64,000 bases of DNA from a virus. Taxonomy: Duplodnaviria > Caudoviricetes. The stretch covers positions 1,546-65,545 of IMG/VR virus record IMGVR_UViG_3300036798_000278; one strand, 5' to 3'. The first letter of the stretch is position 1. Every line of letters begins with the position of its first letter. The translations under genes were made by a program, and so were the position numbers. Below are positions 27,768 to 34,942 of the stretch, in pieces. Under the pieces are notes generated by a model. It saw only the letters and a list, made by a program, of their open reading frames with translations. It did not search any database and was not told the DNA's origin.

Positions 27768-28651
27768 CAAGGAGTTTCGTAGGATGGCTGTGGCTGTTGA
27801 GCGGCTTGCCCGTCGGAATCGCCCTCATATTCCTACCACCCTCGGCACAGCTTCTTTGTTTCGTCCTCTTCGTGCCGCTGGAGACCGGGCACTCGCTCTC
27901 GCCGATCGTGCTGGCATGGACGCACGGCGGCTTCCGCCGGCAGGTGATTTACGCACGCCCGCGTAAATATATCCTGCTTCCGACGCTGGCGTTTCTAGCC
28001 GCCGTCGCGATCGGCGCGGCGGCGCAGGCCGGGGTTACATCCTATGCGGCAGGGGATTCGATCCGCCGCGTTCCGACCTTCAGCGATTGGTCTAACCCGT
28101 TTCTCCTATTGGGGTGGTTCTACTCGACCTGCAACCTCTACCACTTCGGGATGCAGAACTTCGGGGTATGGCGACTGTGGAGCAATACAAATGGACGAGG
28201 ACAAGGCGCGCGGCTGGATAATTGCCGTCGCGATTTCTATGCAGGTAATTGGCGCATCGCTAGTCATGATCGGGCTGTACGGTGGGTTCAGCTAACGATT
28301 GTGGCGGGCGGCACGGTCGCTGTCTATCTCACGCTGCCGCGGCTGTTCCACGACCCTTGGGTATTCTTTCTGCTTACCGGCATAGTATCGGTCAATCACT
28401 GGGTGGTCGACCTCGGGCTCTCGTGCCGCGTCGCGAAGCGCGGCGGCGTGTTCATCGCGGGTGTTCTCGCGGCCGGCTTAGTGGGGTTTGTGTGGGTAGT
28501 GCCGACTCCGGGCGGCATGATGATTCGGATAATCCCGGTCATCATCTGCGCGCGGCTGGGGTTGGGCTTCGTCCACTTCCTCTACTCGCGCTGGGTTTGG
28601 CGGCTAAGCGATCCGCTGGTGCGGGGAACCATAGGTAGGAGTTTTGTATGA
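27764..28651 (+). CDS. Polytopic membrane protein with four His-containing motifs (putative membrane metalloenzyme)
   Basis: Multiple TM helices; ETGHS, YHFGMQNFG, VNHWVVD, VHFLYSRWVWRL; ATGA overlap with the giant gene. Confidence 0.75.
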   Translation: MTRSFVGWLWLLSGLPVGIALIFLPPSAQLLCFVLFVPLETGHSLSPIVLAWTHGGFRRQVIYARPRKYILLPTLAFLAAVAIGAAAQAGVTSYAAGDSIRRVPTFSDWSNPFLLLGWFYSTCNLYHFGMQNFGVWRLWSNTNGRGQGARLDNCRRDFYAGNWRIASHDRAVRWVQLTIVAGGTVAVYLTLPRLFHDPWVFFLLTGIVSVNHWVVDLGLSCRVAKRGGVFIAGVLAAGLVGFVWVVPTPGGMMIRIIPVIICARLGLGFVHFLYSRWVWRLSDPLVRGTIGRSFV

Positions 28652-28812
28652 AATCCGAAATTGTACGCGCAGTATTGATACTACGCGATAAGTTCACTGG
28701 CAAGACCCCGATGTGGCCTACTGGCAAAGACGCGGTGATTGATATAACGCAAGCCATAGGAATACTGCTTTTCGGTTTTGTGATAGCGTATCTTATAGCG
28801 CTCATGCCATGA
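28648..28812 (+). CDS. Small single-TM protein (54 aa)
   Basis: Hand translation MKSEIVRAVLIL...IGILLFGFVIAYLIALMP; ATGA overlaps at both ends. Confidence 0.6.
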   Translation: MKSEIVRAVLILRDKFTGKTPMWPTGKDAVIDITQAIGILLFGFVIAYLIALMP

Positions 28813-28934
28813 GCGACCCGCAGGTGCGCGCGACCATCGGGCGCGATCTGTTGGGGCGGCGGCAGGTATCTGATTTCACGCATTTTCCACGTGCAATGGA
28901 ATGCCAAAATTGGAGTATGGAAAACAGAGAATGA
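28809..28934 (+). pseudogene. 41-codon ORF starting with a relic copy of the 3' end of 27764..28651
   Basis: MSDPQVRATIGRDLL versus upstream SDPLVRGTIGRSFV; ATGA overlaps at both ends. Confidence 0.5.
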
Positions 28935-29392
28935 TGCTCGCAGCTACCTCCGCCATTCAATGGATAGGCTCGTTTGGGGTCAAGCGAGACATTGTAGGTT
29001 CCGACATCATAATTGTTGTGGCCCTTGCGATTCATGCCGGAGAGGGTCTTACCCTCGCTCTCACGAGCAAGGCCGACTGGCCGATCCCTATGCATATGCT
29101 GCTTTGGCGCGGACACACTGTTGCTGCGATAGCCTTGTTTGTTTCGGTCGCATTGGGCGTGGTTGGCCAGTGGACAGGTCGAATGCCGCTTCTGTTGCGG
29201 ATTAGTTTCCTTTTCCCTCAATGGACGCTGCTGCTTATGACGGCTGGGGCGGCATTGTGGGCAAGTATTATGGGATCTTATGTCAACTTTACGCCGCCGT
29301 CCGGTCTAGGAATTTTTTGGGATCAGGCGTGGCGGATAGGCATGCCCGTCATGTATTTTTTTGCAGCATGGGCAAGAGTGCAGGCAAAGTAG
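28931..29392 (+). CDS. Multi-TM membrane protein (lysis region)
   Basis: About four hydrophobic helices; ATGA overlap at 28931. Confidence 0.65.
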   Translation: MMLAATSAIQWIGSFGVKRDIVGSDIIIVVALAIHAGEGLTLALTSKADWPIPMHMLLWRGHTVAAIALFVSVALGVVGQWTGRMPLLLRISFLFPQWTLLLMTAGAALWASIMGSYVNFTPPSGLGIFWDQAWRIGMPVMYFFAAWARVQAK

Positions 29393-29662
29393 TTGGACTT
29401 GTCCACACTCATCATCACCGTTACGTCGTTGAGCCTAACTGCGTTAGGGGCGCTCTTCGTTTATCGGCAGACCTCTCTTACCTTCGTTAGAGACGAGAGG
29501 GATGAATATCGGCGGAAGTGCAAAGAGTGCGAGCAGGCAATGAGTGGCTTAATGAGGGAGAACAGGTGGTTGGCGAATCGACTTAGTCAATACGAAGATC
29601 CTGGTCAGATCCGTCGCTCGCGCCGGTCCGGCAGCCAAGATCAAGACCCCGAGGAAACATGA
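29393..29662 (+). CDS. N-terminal TM plus coiled-coil protein (holin/antiholin-like)
   Basis: One TM followed by a charged coiled coil; lysis region. Confidence 0.6.
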   Translation: MDLSTLIITVTSLSLTALGALFVYRQTSLTFVRDERDEYRRKCKECEQAMSGLMRENRWLANRLSQYEDPGQIRRSRRSGSQDQDPEET

Positions 29663-29943
29663 CGGAAAAAGCTCCAATGACCTCACTGGCCGCGGCCGTC
29701 AAGAATGCCTCTCGCGAGGATTGGGTATGGCTCGCTTACCTGGCTGCGGTGGCCGGCACATTCGGCGTGCTGGAGGCCCGCGCGCTCAATCGGAAGCATG
29801 ACACGCTCAGCGCCTTCGTCTGGCGGCTCAGCCGCGCATGGCCTCCATTTGGCGTGGCGCTTGGGCTTGGTGTTGGTGGTCTGATTACACATTTTTTCTG
29901 GCCAGACCAGGGCCTGAAAGAGACTGACGAGCGGGAGCAATGA
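29659..29943 (+). CDS. Two-TM membrane protein
   Basis: WVWLAYLAAVAGTFGVLEA...HDTLS..VW...FGVALGLGVGGLITHFFW; ATGA overlap. Confidence 0.65.
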   Translation: MTEKAPMTSLAAAVKNASREDWVWLAYLAAVAGTFGVLEARALNRKHDTLSAFVWRLSRAWPPFGVALGLGVGGLITHFFWPDQGLKETDEREQ

Positions 29944-30080
29944 GCTACGGCTGGTGGGAGGAGTGGGTCGGGATGATTTTTGGTAGCCGGGACGCGTGGC
30001 GTAGATGGGCTATGGCCGCGATCAGAAAGCAAGAGACCGATAAGCGCGACAATGAACATGCAATCGTCCTGCAGACGTGA
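29940..30080 (+). CDS. Small hypothetical protein (46 aa)
   Basis: Hand translation MSYGWWEEWVGMIFGSRDAWRRWAMAA...; ATGA overlap. Confidence 0.45.
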   Translation: MSYGWWEEWVGMIFGSRDAWRRWAMAAIRKQETDKRDNEHAIVLQT

Positions 30081-30092
30081 TATACAGTAGGC

Positions 30093-30350
30093 ATGCAGAG
30101 TTTGTTCGTGACCAACTCTACCCTGTATTCGCTTCTGCAAACGGTTCACGCGAACCAGACGCAAGAGATCATCCCCAAGCTCAGCACCGTCGTCACGCTG
30201 CGATCGGACATCGCGGCTCTGCGATCGGAGTTGACGGCGATTTTGGCGAGCCTGGACGCCAAGCTCGATCAAATCAGCCTCCAGGTAACTCCTCCAGAAA
30301 CGGTGGATCTAAACCTCGATACCGCTATCATCACCCAAACCAAGGAGTGA
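30093..30350 (+). CDS. Coiled-coil hypothetical protein
   Basis: 85 aa, heptad pattern, AGTAGG RBS-like sequence. Confidence 0.6.
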   Translation: MQSLFVTNSTLYSLLQTVHANQTQEIIPKLSTVVTLRSDIAALRSELTAILASLDAKLDQISLQVTPPETVDLNLDTAIITQTKE

Positions 30351-30354
30351 CTTC

Positions 30355-30681
30355 ATGAGTGACTTAAATATGATTGTTGGACAAACGGCAAAGTTCGTGT
30401 TGACCGCGAGCGAGATTACACTGCCTCCGGACGGCGCGCTGCATAGTGACACGCCCGCTTTCGTGACAGTGTCGCTGGCTGCGGACCTGATGACCGGCAC
30501 CGCTTTTGCGGTGAGCGCGCCCTCGGACGGAAGTGCGGCGGTGGTGACCATCACCTACACCGGGACAAGCGTGGCGCCCGACGTCGGATCCGCAGTTGCC
30601 CTTCCTGGCACTATATCGGTGATGAATGCTCCGGTAGCCGAGACGGTCAACCTCAACCTCGCCGGCGCTGTCCTCAGCTAA
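30355..30681 (+). CDS. Small Ig-like beta-sandwich protein
   Basis: 108 aa, beta-rich; AAGGAG RBS. Confidence 0.65.
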   Translation: MSDLNMIVGQTAKFVLTASEITLPPDGALHSDTPAFVTVSLAADLMTGTAFAVSAPSDGSAAVVTITYTGTSVAPDVGSAVALPGTISVMNAPVAETVNLNLAGAVLS

Positions 30682-30694
30682 GGGAGCGGCACAA

Positions 30695-30985
30695 ATGTCA
30701 TCAGGCGCGATCGACCCTGCAACACCGGTCGCGCCGAGCTCCCCGGACCCGGCGACCGTGACGCTGGTGGCAGCGTTGCTGCGCCATTTCCTGACCACGC
30801 TCGCGGGCGCCGGGTTCCTCAGCGGGCTTGTCGTCACCGACAGCACGCTCATGACGATCGCTAGTGCGCTCATCTGGACCGGGACGGTCATGTGGAGCTG
30901 GGGTCAGAAATACCGGGCAGCTAAGGCCGACCATCTCGGAAGCGTGATGTCTGCCGACCTGCATAGGCCGGTGCAGCCCGCGTGA
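30695..30985 (+). CDS. Putative holin (two TM)
   Basis: LLRHFLTTLAGAGFL...IASALIWTGTVMWSWGQK resembles Pam3-gp28-type holins; upstream of the endolysin. Confidence 0.65.
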   Translation: MSSGAIDPATPVAPSSPDPATVTLVAALLRHFLTTLAGAGFLSGLVVTDSTLMTIASALIWTGTVMWSWGQKYRAAKADHLGSVMSADLHRPVQPA

Positions 30986-30996
30986 CGAGAGAGAAC

Positions 30997-31208
30997 ATGA
31001 TCAAACAGATAATCATAGGGCTCGGGCTGACTCTGTGCCAGCGAGCGCCCAGACGCCGTACTATCAGACATGGTCCTATCCCACTTATCCGCCGTCCTAT
31101 GAATGGCGGGCTCCCGGCGAGCACCCACGCTGGCATGAGCGCCGGGAGGAACGGGAAAGATGGCGGCATGAGGAATGGTGCCGGTATCATCCGAGGGAGT
31201 GTCGATGA
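30997..31208 (+). pseudogene. Frameshifted small secreted peptide gene
   Basis: MIKQIIIGLGLTL in one frame continues as VPASA|QTPYYQTWSYP...RHEEWCRYHPRECR in another; that frame's stop forms an ATGA overlap with the next gene. Confidence 0.55.
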
Positions 31209-31780
31209 GACATCCGATTGAGACGCTGCGGCGGGCCGTGTGCCTCCGGCTCGCGGTAGTCGGATCATCAGCCCAGGTCCGGCCTCCCCGTCACATTGGG
31301 GATATATTTTGTCCCGTATTCACCGCCGCCGCCGCGCTGGTGAGTATAGCACTTCTTTCGGGATGCGCGGCAACCGGCGGCATCAGCGCGCTCGGTCTCG
31401 CCAACGGCGCGCTGACCGGCGCGCTTGCCGGTGTCGCGCCTACGATCTCGGTAGATCAAATCCTTGAGACGTACGCGGTCTATCACAATCTCAAGGTGCA
31501 GCTGGAGACGATCGACTCTATGGGCATCGTGACGACTACGACGCAGACGCCGGTCGTAGTCACGGGCACGCCGATGACGCCGCCGCCCGTTGTGGTGTCT
31601 CCAGCTCCGCCAGTCACTACCGCTCCGCCTCCGCCCTCATCCGGCCCGGTCGTGACGCCCAACACTCGATATAGGCGCCGAGTGCAGAGCATCGGCAGAA
31701 TCCCGCCGGATACAATTCATGCGAACGAGGGGTCGATCGGCAATTTGTCGGCCGCGATGGGCGAGCTGGTGGCTGAATGA
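31205..31780 (+). CDS. Putative lipoprotein with a Pro/Thr-rich linker (spanin candidate)
   Basis: LSGC lipobox after a hydrophobic stretch; lies between holin and endolysin. Confidence 0.55.
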   Translation: MRHPIETLRRAVCLRLAVVGSSAQVRPPRHIGDIFCPVFTAAAALVSIALLSGCAATGGISALGLANGALTGALAGVAPTISVDQILETYAVYHNLKVQLETIDSMGIVTTTTQTPVVVTGTPMTPPPVVVSPAPPVTTAPPPPSSGPVVTPNTRYRRRVQSIGRIPPDTIHANEGSIGNLSAAMGELVAE

Positions 31781-31914
31781 CCGGCGCGTCATGGTCTTAC
31801 GCCAGCGGCAAGCTAGGGCCGCTTCATTGGTGGAGAACCCGAGATCCGCACTGGTATTGGATGCTTCATCTTATGATCGGCGGCGCCGATTTAAGGATCG
31901 GACGGCATCGATGA
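31777..31914 (+). CDS. Trp-rich micro-ORF (45 aa)
   Basis: MTGASWSYASGKLGPLHWWRTRDPHWYWMLHLMIGGADLRIGRHR; ATGA overlap. Confidence 0.45.
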   Translation: MTGASWSYASGKLGPLHWWRTRDPHWYWMLHLMIGGADLRIGRHR

Positions 31915-31921
31915 GCGACCG

Positions 31922-32056
31922 ATGCGCTACCGCATTAAGATAGGGTCGGAACGGTCACACCTGTATTTTACCTTACATTGGTATTTCTGGTGGGGCTGGT
32001 ACGGAGCGCCGAGTTGGTGGTGGAAATTGCGAGACAGGAGAAAGGTTAGTCAATGA
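31922..32056 (+). CDS. Trp-rich micro-ORF (44 aa)
   Basis: MRYRIKIGSERSHLYFTLHWYFWWGWYGAPSWWWKLRDRRKVSQ; ATGA overlap with 32053. Confidence 0.45.
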   Translation: MRYRIKIGSERSHLYFTLHWYFWWGWYGAPSWWWKLRDRRKVSQ

Positions 32057-32241
32057 CCGGCCTCTCGTCCTCACAACCGACCGGGAAGCGTCGATTAACC
32101 TATGATCTTGACAGCGATTTAGTCAGTTTCGATCCACCCCTACCGCTGCCGATGGGGAGGGAGATTGGCCGCGCCTTCGATAAGATGATGAGCGCGATGG
32201 AGGAATTTAGAGAGGCGATGCAGACGGGGGAGCCCTCTTGA
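32053..32241 (+). CDS. Small hypothetical protein sharing its first 8 codons with the endolysin
   Basis: MTGLSSSQ start duplicated. Confidence 0.55.
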   Translation: MTGLSSSQPTGKRRLTYDLDSDLVSFDPPLPLPMGREIGRAFDKMMSAMEEFREAMQTGEPS

Positions 32242-32771
32242 CCGGCCTCTCGTCCTCGCAGCGCACATATTTGACGATGGTCATGCAGGCGCTCGCCGCG
32301 CATCCGAAGTGGACCTATCTCGATCCGGCGTGGATTCTCGCAATAATGGACATCGAGAGCGGTTATCGGCCGCTCGTGGTAAATCCAACAGGCAGGCAGG
32401 ACGGGTTAATGCAAGTGATCCCGCCAACTGCCGCGCAGATGGCCTCGGTCTACGGCATTCCCGCAGGACCTCAAACGGACCCGATGACGAGCATCCTCTC
32501 CGGGACCGCCTATCTAGACTACAGCGCCCGCGACATCATCAAAAAGCGCAACGCCGCTTCGCTGCCGTTATGGGATCTCGCTCAAGCATACAACGAGGGT
32601 ATGGGCGCGTTGGAGGCGGGGAAACTTGACCCGATCTATCTCGCTAGGTTCGAGGTTGAGTTGCCGATCGTTGAGCAACAGATGGCGGGAACTGCCAAGC
32701 TAATGCCGAGCCGCGCCAATTGGGCACCGCTGCGCAGGCGCAGTGTCATGCCGTTACTTACGGAGAGCTGA
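32238..32771 (+). CDS. Endolysin, lytic transglycosylase (SLT) family
   Basis: ILAIMDIESGY (catalytic Glu), GLMQV, AYNEG motifs. Confidence 0.88.
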   Translation: MTGLSSSQRTYLTMVMQALAAHPKWTYLDPAWILAIMDIESGYRPLVVNPTGRQDGLMQVIPPTAAQMASVYGIPAGPQTDPMTSILSGTAYLDYSARDIIKKRNAASLPLWDLAQAYNEGMGALEAGKLDPIYLARFEVELPIVEQQMAGTAKLMPSRANWAPLRRRSVMPLLTES

Positions 32772-32986
32772 TGATGATTTTCTCTCTTGGTCACCTGATT
32801 CCAAGCGCTCGGAATGGCGCTCAAATCGAAACTGGCCAATGGGTGCGGTCAATGCACGAGCCTTTCTGTGGTGGTCTGATTGATCGATTGCGAGATGCGG
32901 CTGCCGTTGTGAGAGGCGAAGCGTTTGCGGTTCGCTGGCCAAAGGATGGCGAGTTCGAGCGGGCGCTTACGGAGAGCGGACGATGA
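32771..32986 (+). CDS. Small hypothetical protein (array gene 1)
   Basis: 71 aa ending LTESGR; coupled to the endolysin stop. Confidence 0.6.
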   Translation: MMIFSLGHLIPSARNGAQIETGQWVRSMHEPFCGGLIDRLRDAAAVVRGEAFAVRWPKDGEFERALTESGR

Positions 32987-33177
32987 TCGACTTGCGTCGC
33001 GAATCCCAGATGGATATCCGAGTCGCTCAAGCCGCCGCGGTGTCGGCGGAGCGCGAACGCTGCCGTAGGATAGTAGTAGACATCCTTTCCGAAGAGGGTT
33101 GGGTGGGCAGGTCGTTCGAGAGAATCGTGGATGCAATCCAAAATGGCCGAAAACCGCTTACGGAGAGCGGACGATGA
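32983..33177 (+). CDS. Small hypothetical protein (array gene 2)
   Basis: 64 aa ending LTESGR; ATGA overlaps. Confidence 0.6.
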   Translation: MIDLRRESQMDIRVAQAAAVSAERERCRRIVVDILSEEGWVGRSFERIVDAIQNGRKPLTESGR

Positions 33178-33389
33178 GCATTGCCGAGCTGTCGTTGTCG
33201 ACGAGAGTCGCTCTCGGATCTCTGGCCGTTATTGTATTTGCTTTGTTTGTGACCGGTTGGTTTGGATATTGGCATTCGCTGGCGTACCCGGAGTTGCCCT
33301 CTGGACTAACATGCCGAGGGAGTGACGCTCTGGGCCTTGACTCGTCTGGGCATGAGGTTTGTGGGCAACCTATCGGGAGCGGACGATGA
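33174..33389 (+). CDS. Small single-TM protein (array gene 3)
   Basis: 71 aa, N-terminal TM, two Cys, ends IGSGR. Confidence 0.6.
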   Translation: MSIAELSLSTRVALGSLAVIVFALFVTGWFGYWHSLAYPELPSGLTCRGSDALGLDSSGHEVCGQPIGSGR

Positions 33390-33574
33390 TCAAAGACGAG
33401 ACCTATCTTGACGTCTACAATCAAGATCCCGGCCCGATACAGGACCAAGCCATCCGAGCCGCGAGGGACGCGCTAGTTGTTCTCCCGACCGGCGATGCCG
33501 TGAAAGCCCTGCGGCGCGCGGTAAAGTTTGTGAAGGAATGGGGTCCGAATCGGCCTCATCCGCATTCGTCATGA
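33386..33574 (+). CDS. Small hypothetical protein (array gene 4)
   Basis: MIKDETYLDVYNQ...; ATGA overlap. Confidence 0.55.
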   Translation: MIKDETYLDVYNQDPGPIQDQAIRAARDALVVLPTGDAVKALRRAVKFVKEWGPNRPHPHSS

Positions 33575-33589
33575 GAAAGGGATGGAGAG

Positions 33590-33790
33590 ATGTCCATAGC
33601 TGATAGCTTCCGCACCATGCCTGACTTCGTGGCGAAGCGTCCGGTGATGGTGGTCGCGGCACCGTTGCGGCACGAGATAAACGAGGGAATGAAGCGGGTA
33701 AAAGACTCGATGAACGGCTCCTCCGGGATCATTGATCACCTCCACGAGGAGCTTGATGTAATTTTCCCCGGCACCACCCGCGATACCTAA
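33590..33790 (+). CDS. Small hypothetical protein
   Basis: 66 aa, GGAGAG RBS. Confidence 0.55.
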   Translation: MSIADSFRTMPDFVAKRPVMVVAAPLRHEINEGMKRVKDSMNGSSGIIDHLHEELDVIFPGTTRDT

Positions 33791-33803
33791 TTTGAGGCCA
33801 GCG

Positions 33804-34034
33804 ATGCTTAGCATCGAAATCGAGCGCGAAGTGGATGGCCGATGGATCGGCGAAGTTCCGGAACTTCCGGGCGTCCTGGCTTATGGTGCCGCCGCGTCCG
33901 AAGCAAAGGCCAAGGCGATGGCGCTCGCCTTTCACGTCATCGCGGATCGGATTGAGCACGGCGAACAGGCGCCCATTCACCTTCTGCGGATAAGAAAAAA
34001 AAGCATCAGAACCATAAGACCAAGCGCCCCGTAA
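33804..34034 (+). CDS. hicB: Orphan HicB-family antitoxin domain
   Basis: IEIEREVDGRWIGEVPELPGVLAYG...EA...A.ALA...IADRIEHGE motif; no hicA adjacent. Confidence 0.75.
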   Translation: MLSIEIEREVDGRWIGEVPELPGVLAYGAAASEAKAKAMALAFHVIADRIEHGEQAPIHLLRIRKKSIRTIRPSAP

Positions 34035-34078
34035 ACCATGATCACCTCGTACCAATCGTGAGCGGTCTGTTCGGTCAT
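33977..34078 (-). CDS. Membrane micro-peptide (33 aa)
   Basis: MTEQTAHDWYEVIMVYGALGLMVLMLFFLIRRR. Confidence 0.45.
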   Translation of the reverse strand: MTEQTAHDWYEVIMVYGALGLMVLMLFFLIRRR

Positions 34079-34101
34079 CCAGGAGCTCCATCGCTGCGCG
34101 C

Positions 34102-34305
34102 TTACATTCTTCCCGTAAGCATTCCATAGGCGGTTACCCCGGCTAAGCAGAACATGAGTATAAAGAAGCCGCCAAACACCACGATGACCATGGCCTCCAC
34201 TCCAGCGACCAGCAACGTAATGCCGGTTGCTATTATCCAAATCATCACGGCGATGAGAATAACGGGGAAGGCAAGTTCGAACTTATCGTCATCCAGATCG
34301 CTCAT
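34102..34305 (-). CDS. Two-TM membrane protein (67 aa)
   Basis: ATG lies inside a GAGTCCAAATG repeat; strongly hydrophobic. Confidence 0.65.
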   Translation of the reverse strand: MSDLDDDKFELAFPVILIAVMIWIIATGITLLVAGVEAMVIVVFGGFFILMFCLAGVTAYGMLTGRM

Positions 34306-34736
34306 TTGGACTCCTTCCGTAACCCCATGCACACATAGTTATCGGCGAGCCATGGTTTGCCGGCGAGTAGATACGTGACCTGCTTCCGTAACTCTCGACC
34401 GCTGTATCCTGTTTGCTTTGACCATTCGCGCAAAAGCAGGATATCGCCAGCGCAGAACCCACGATCGTCAAAGCGAAGCTCGAAAGTTTTGTCTCCACTC
34501 TCCAATGCCGACCAGAACTCGGGCCAGACCTTCAGGTCATGCTCGGTCATTTGGACTCGCTCCGTAAGCCGTTGATATCCCCACTGATTGCGGGCGCTCT
34601 CAAGATCTCTCTCGGCTTTGTCAGCCCTGGCGTTCGCCCATTCCAGCTCTTGCCGCAGGCGCGCAATCTCGGCGTCCACGGGTAGGTTGCCGGCTATGAT
34701 TCGGCGCAGCCAAGGGATAAGCGCCTCATTCCTCAT
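34302..34736 (-). CDS. Coiled-coil segment fused in frame to a DUF3850/ASCH-like domain (internal start at 34550)
   Basis: MTEHDLKVWPEFW.AL.SGDKTFELRFDDRGF..GD.L.LREW motif from 34550; both ATGs sit in GAGTCCAAATG repeats. Confidence 0.75.
   Translation of the reverse strand: MRNEALIPWLRRIIAGNLPVDAEIARLRQELEWANARADKAERDLESARNQWGYQRLTERVQMTEHDLKVWPEFWSALESGDKTFELRFDDRGFCAGDILLLREWSKQTGYSGRELRKQVTYLLAGKPWLADNYVCMGLRKESK
34303..34580. repeat. Extra copies of the attP left-arm motif at gene starts
   Basis: CATTTGGACTC at 34303-34313 and 34548-34558; the latter is followed by TAAGCCGTTGATATCC, matching TAACCCCTTGATATCC in attP. Confidence 0.85.
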
Positions 34737-34940
34737 TTGGACTCACCGTGTAACCCCTTGATATCCAGTACCAGAACATCGGCCGAACGAGTCCAAATGC
34801 CCGCAGATTTCCGCCATTCTCTAGTTACTTTTAATCAGTAGGCCGTCGGTTCAAATCCGACCGGGCTCACCATCATTTCAATGACTTAGGCGTTCCGTTC
34901 AGGGTCCATTTGGACTCCGTTTGGAATCGCATTTGGACTC
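34734..34940. other. attP site: tRNA-Lys 3' core with integrase arm-type sites
   Basis: Arms CATTTGGACTC at 34734 (direct), 34789 (inverted), 34907, 34918 (2 mismatches), 34930; inverted TAAnnnnTTGAnAT motifs at 34751-34764 and 34875-34888; core at 34827-34872. Confidence 0.85.
34827..34872 (+). other. att core: 3' half of tRNA-Lys(UUU), not a full tRNA
   Basis: ACTTTTAATCAGTAGGCCGTCGGTTCAAATCCGACCGGGCTCACCA: anticodon loop, T-arm, acceptor strand and CCA; 5' half absent. Confidence 0.88.
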
Positions 34941-34942
34941 GA

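Larger units (their letters stand above)
32757..33389 (+). repeat. Junction repeat CGCTTACGGAGAGCGGACGATGA separating small genes
   Basis: Perfect 23-bp copies at 32964-32986 and 33155-33177; partial copies at 32757-32768 and 33377-33389. Confidence 0.9.

Noticed and set aside
32757-33389. CRISPR array
   Set aside because: Repeats are ~190-210 bp apart, separate protein-coding genes and contain an RBS and ATG; no cas genes are present.
34800-34872. Complete tRNA-Lys gene
   Set aside because: Only the anticodon loop to CCA is present; the upstream sequence cannot form the D-arm or the 5' acceptor strand. It is an att core.
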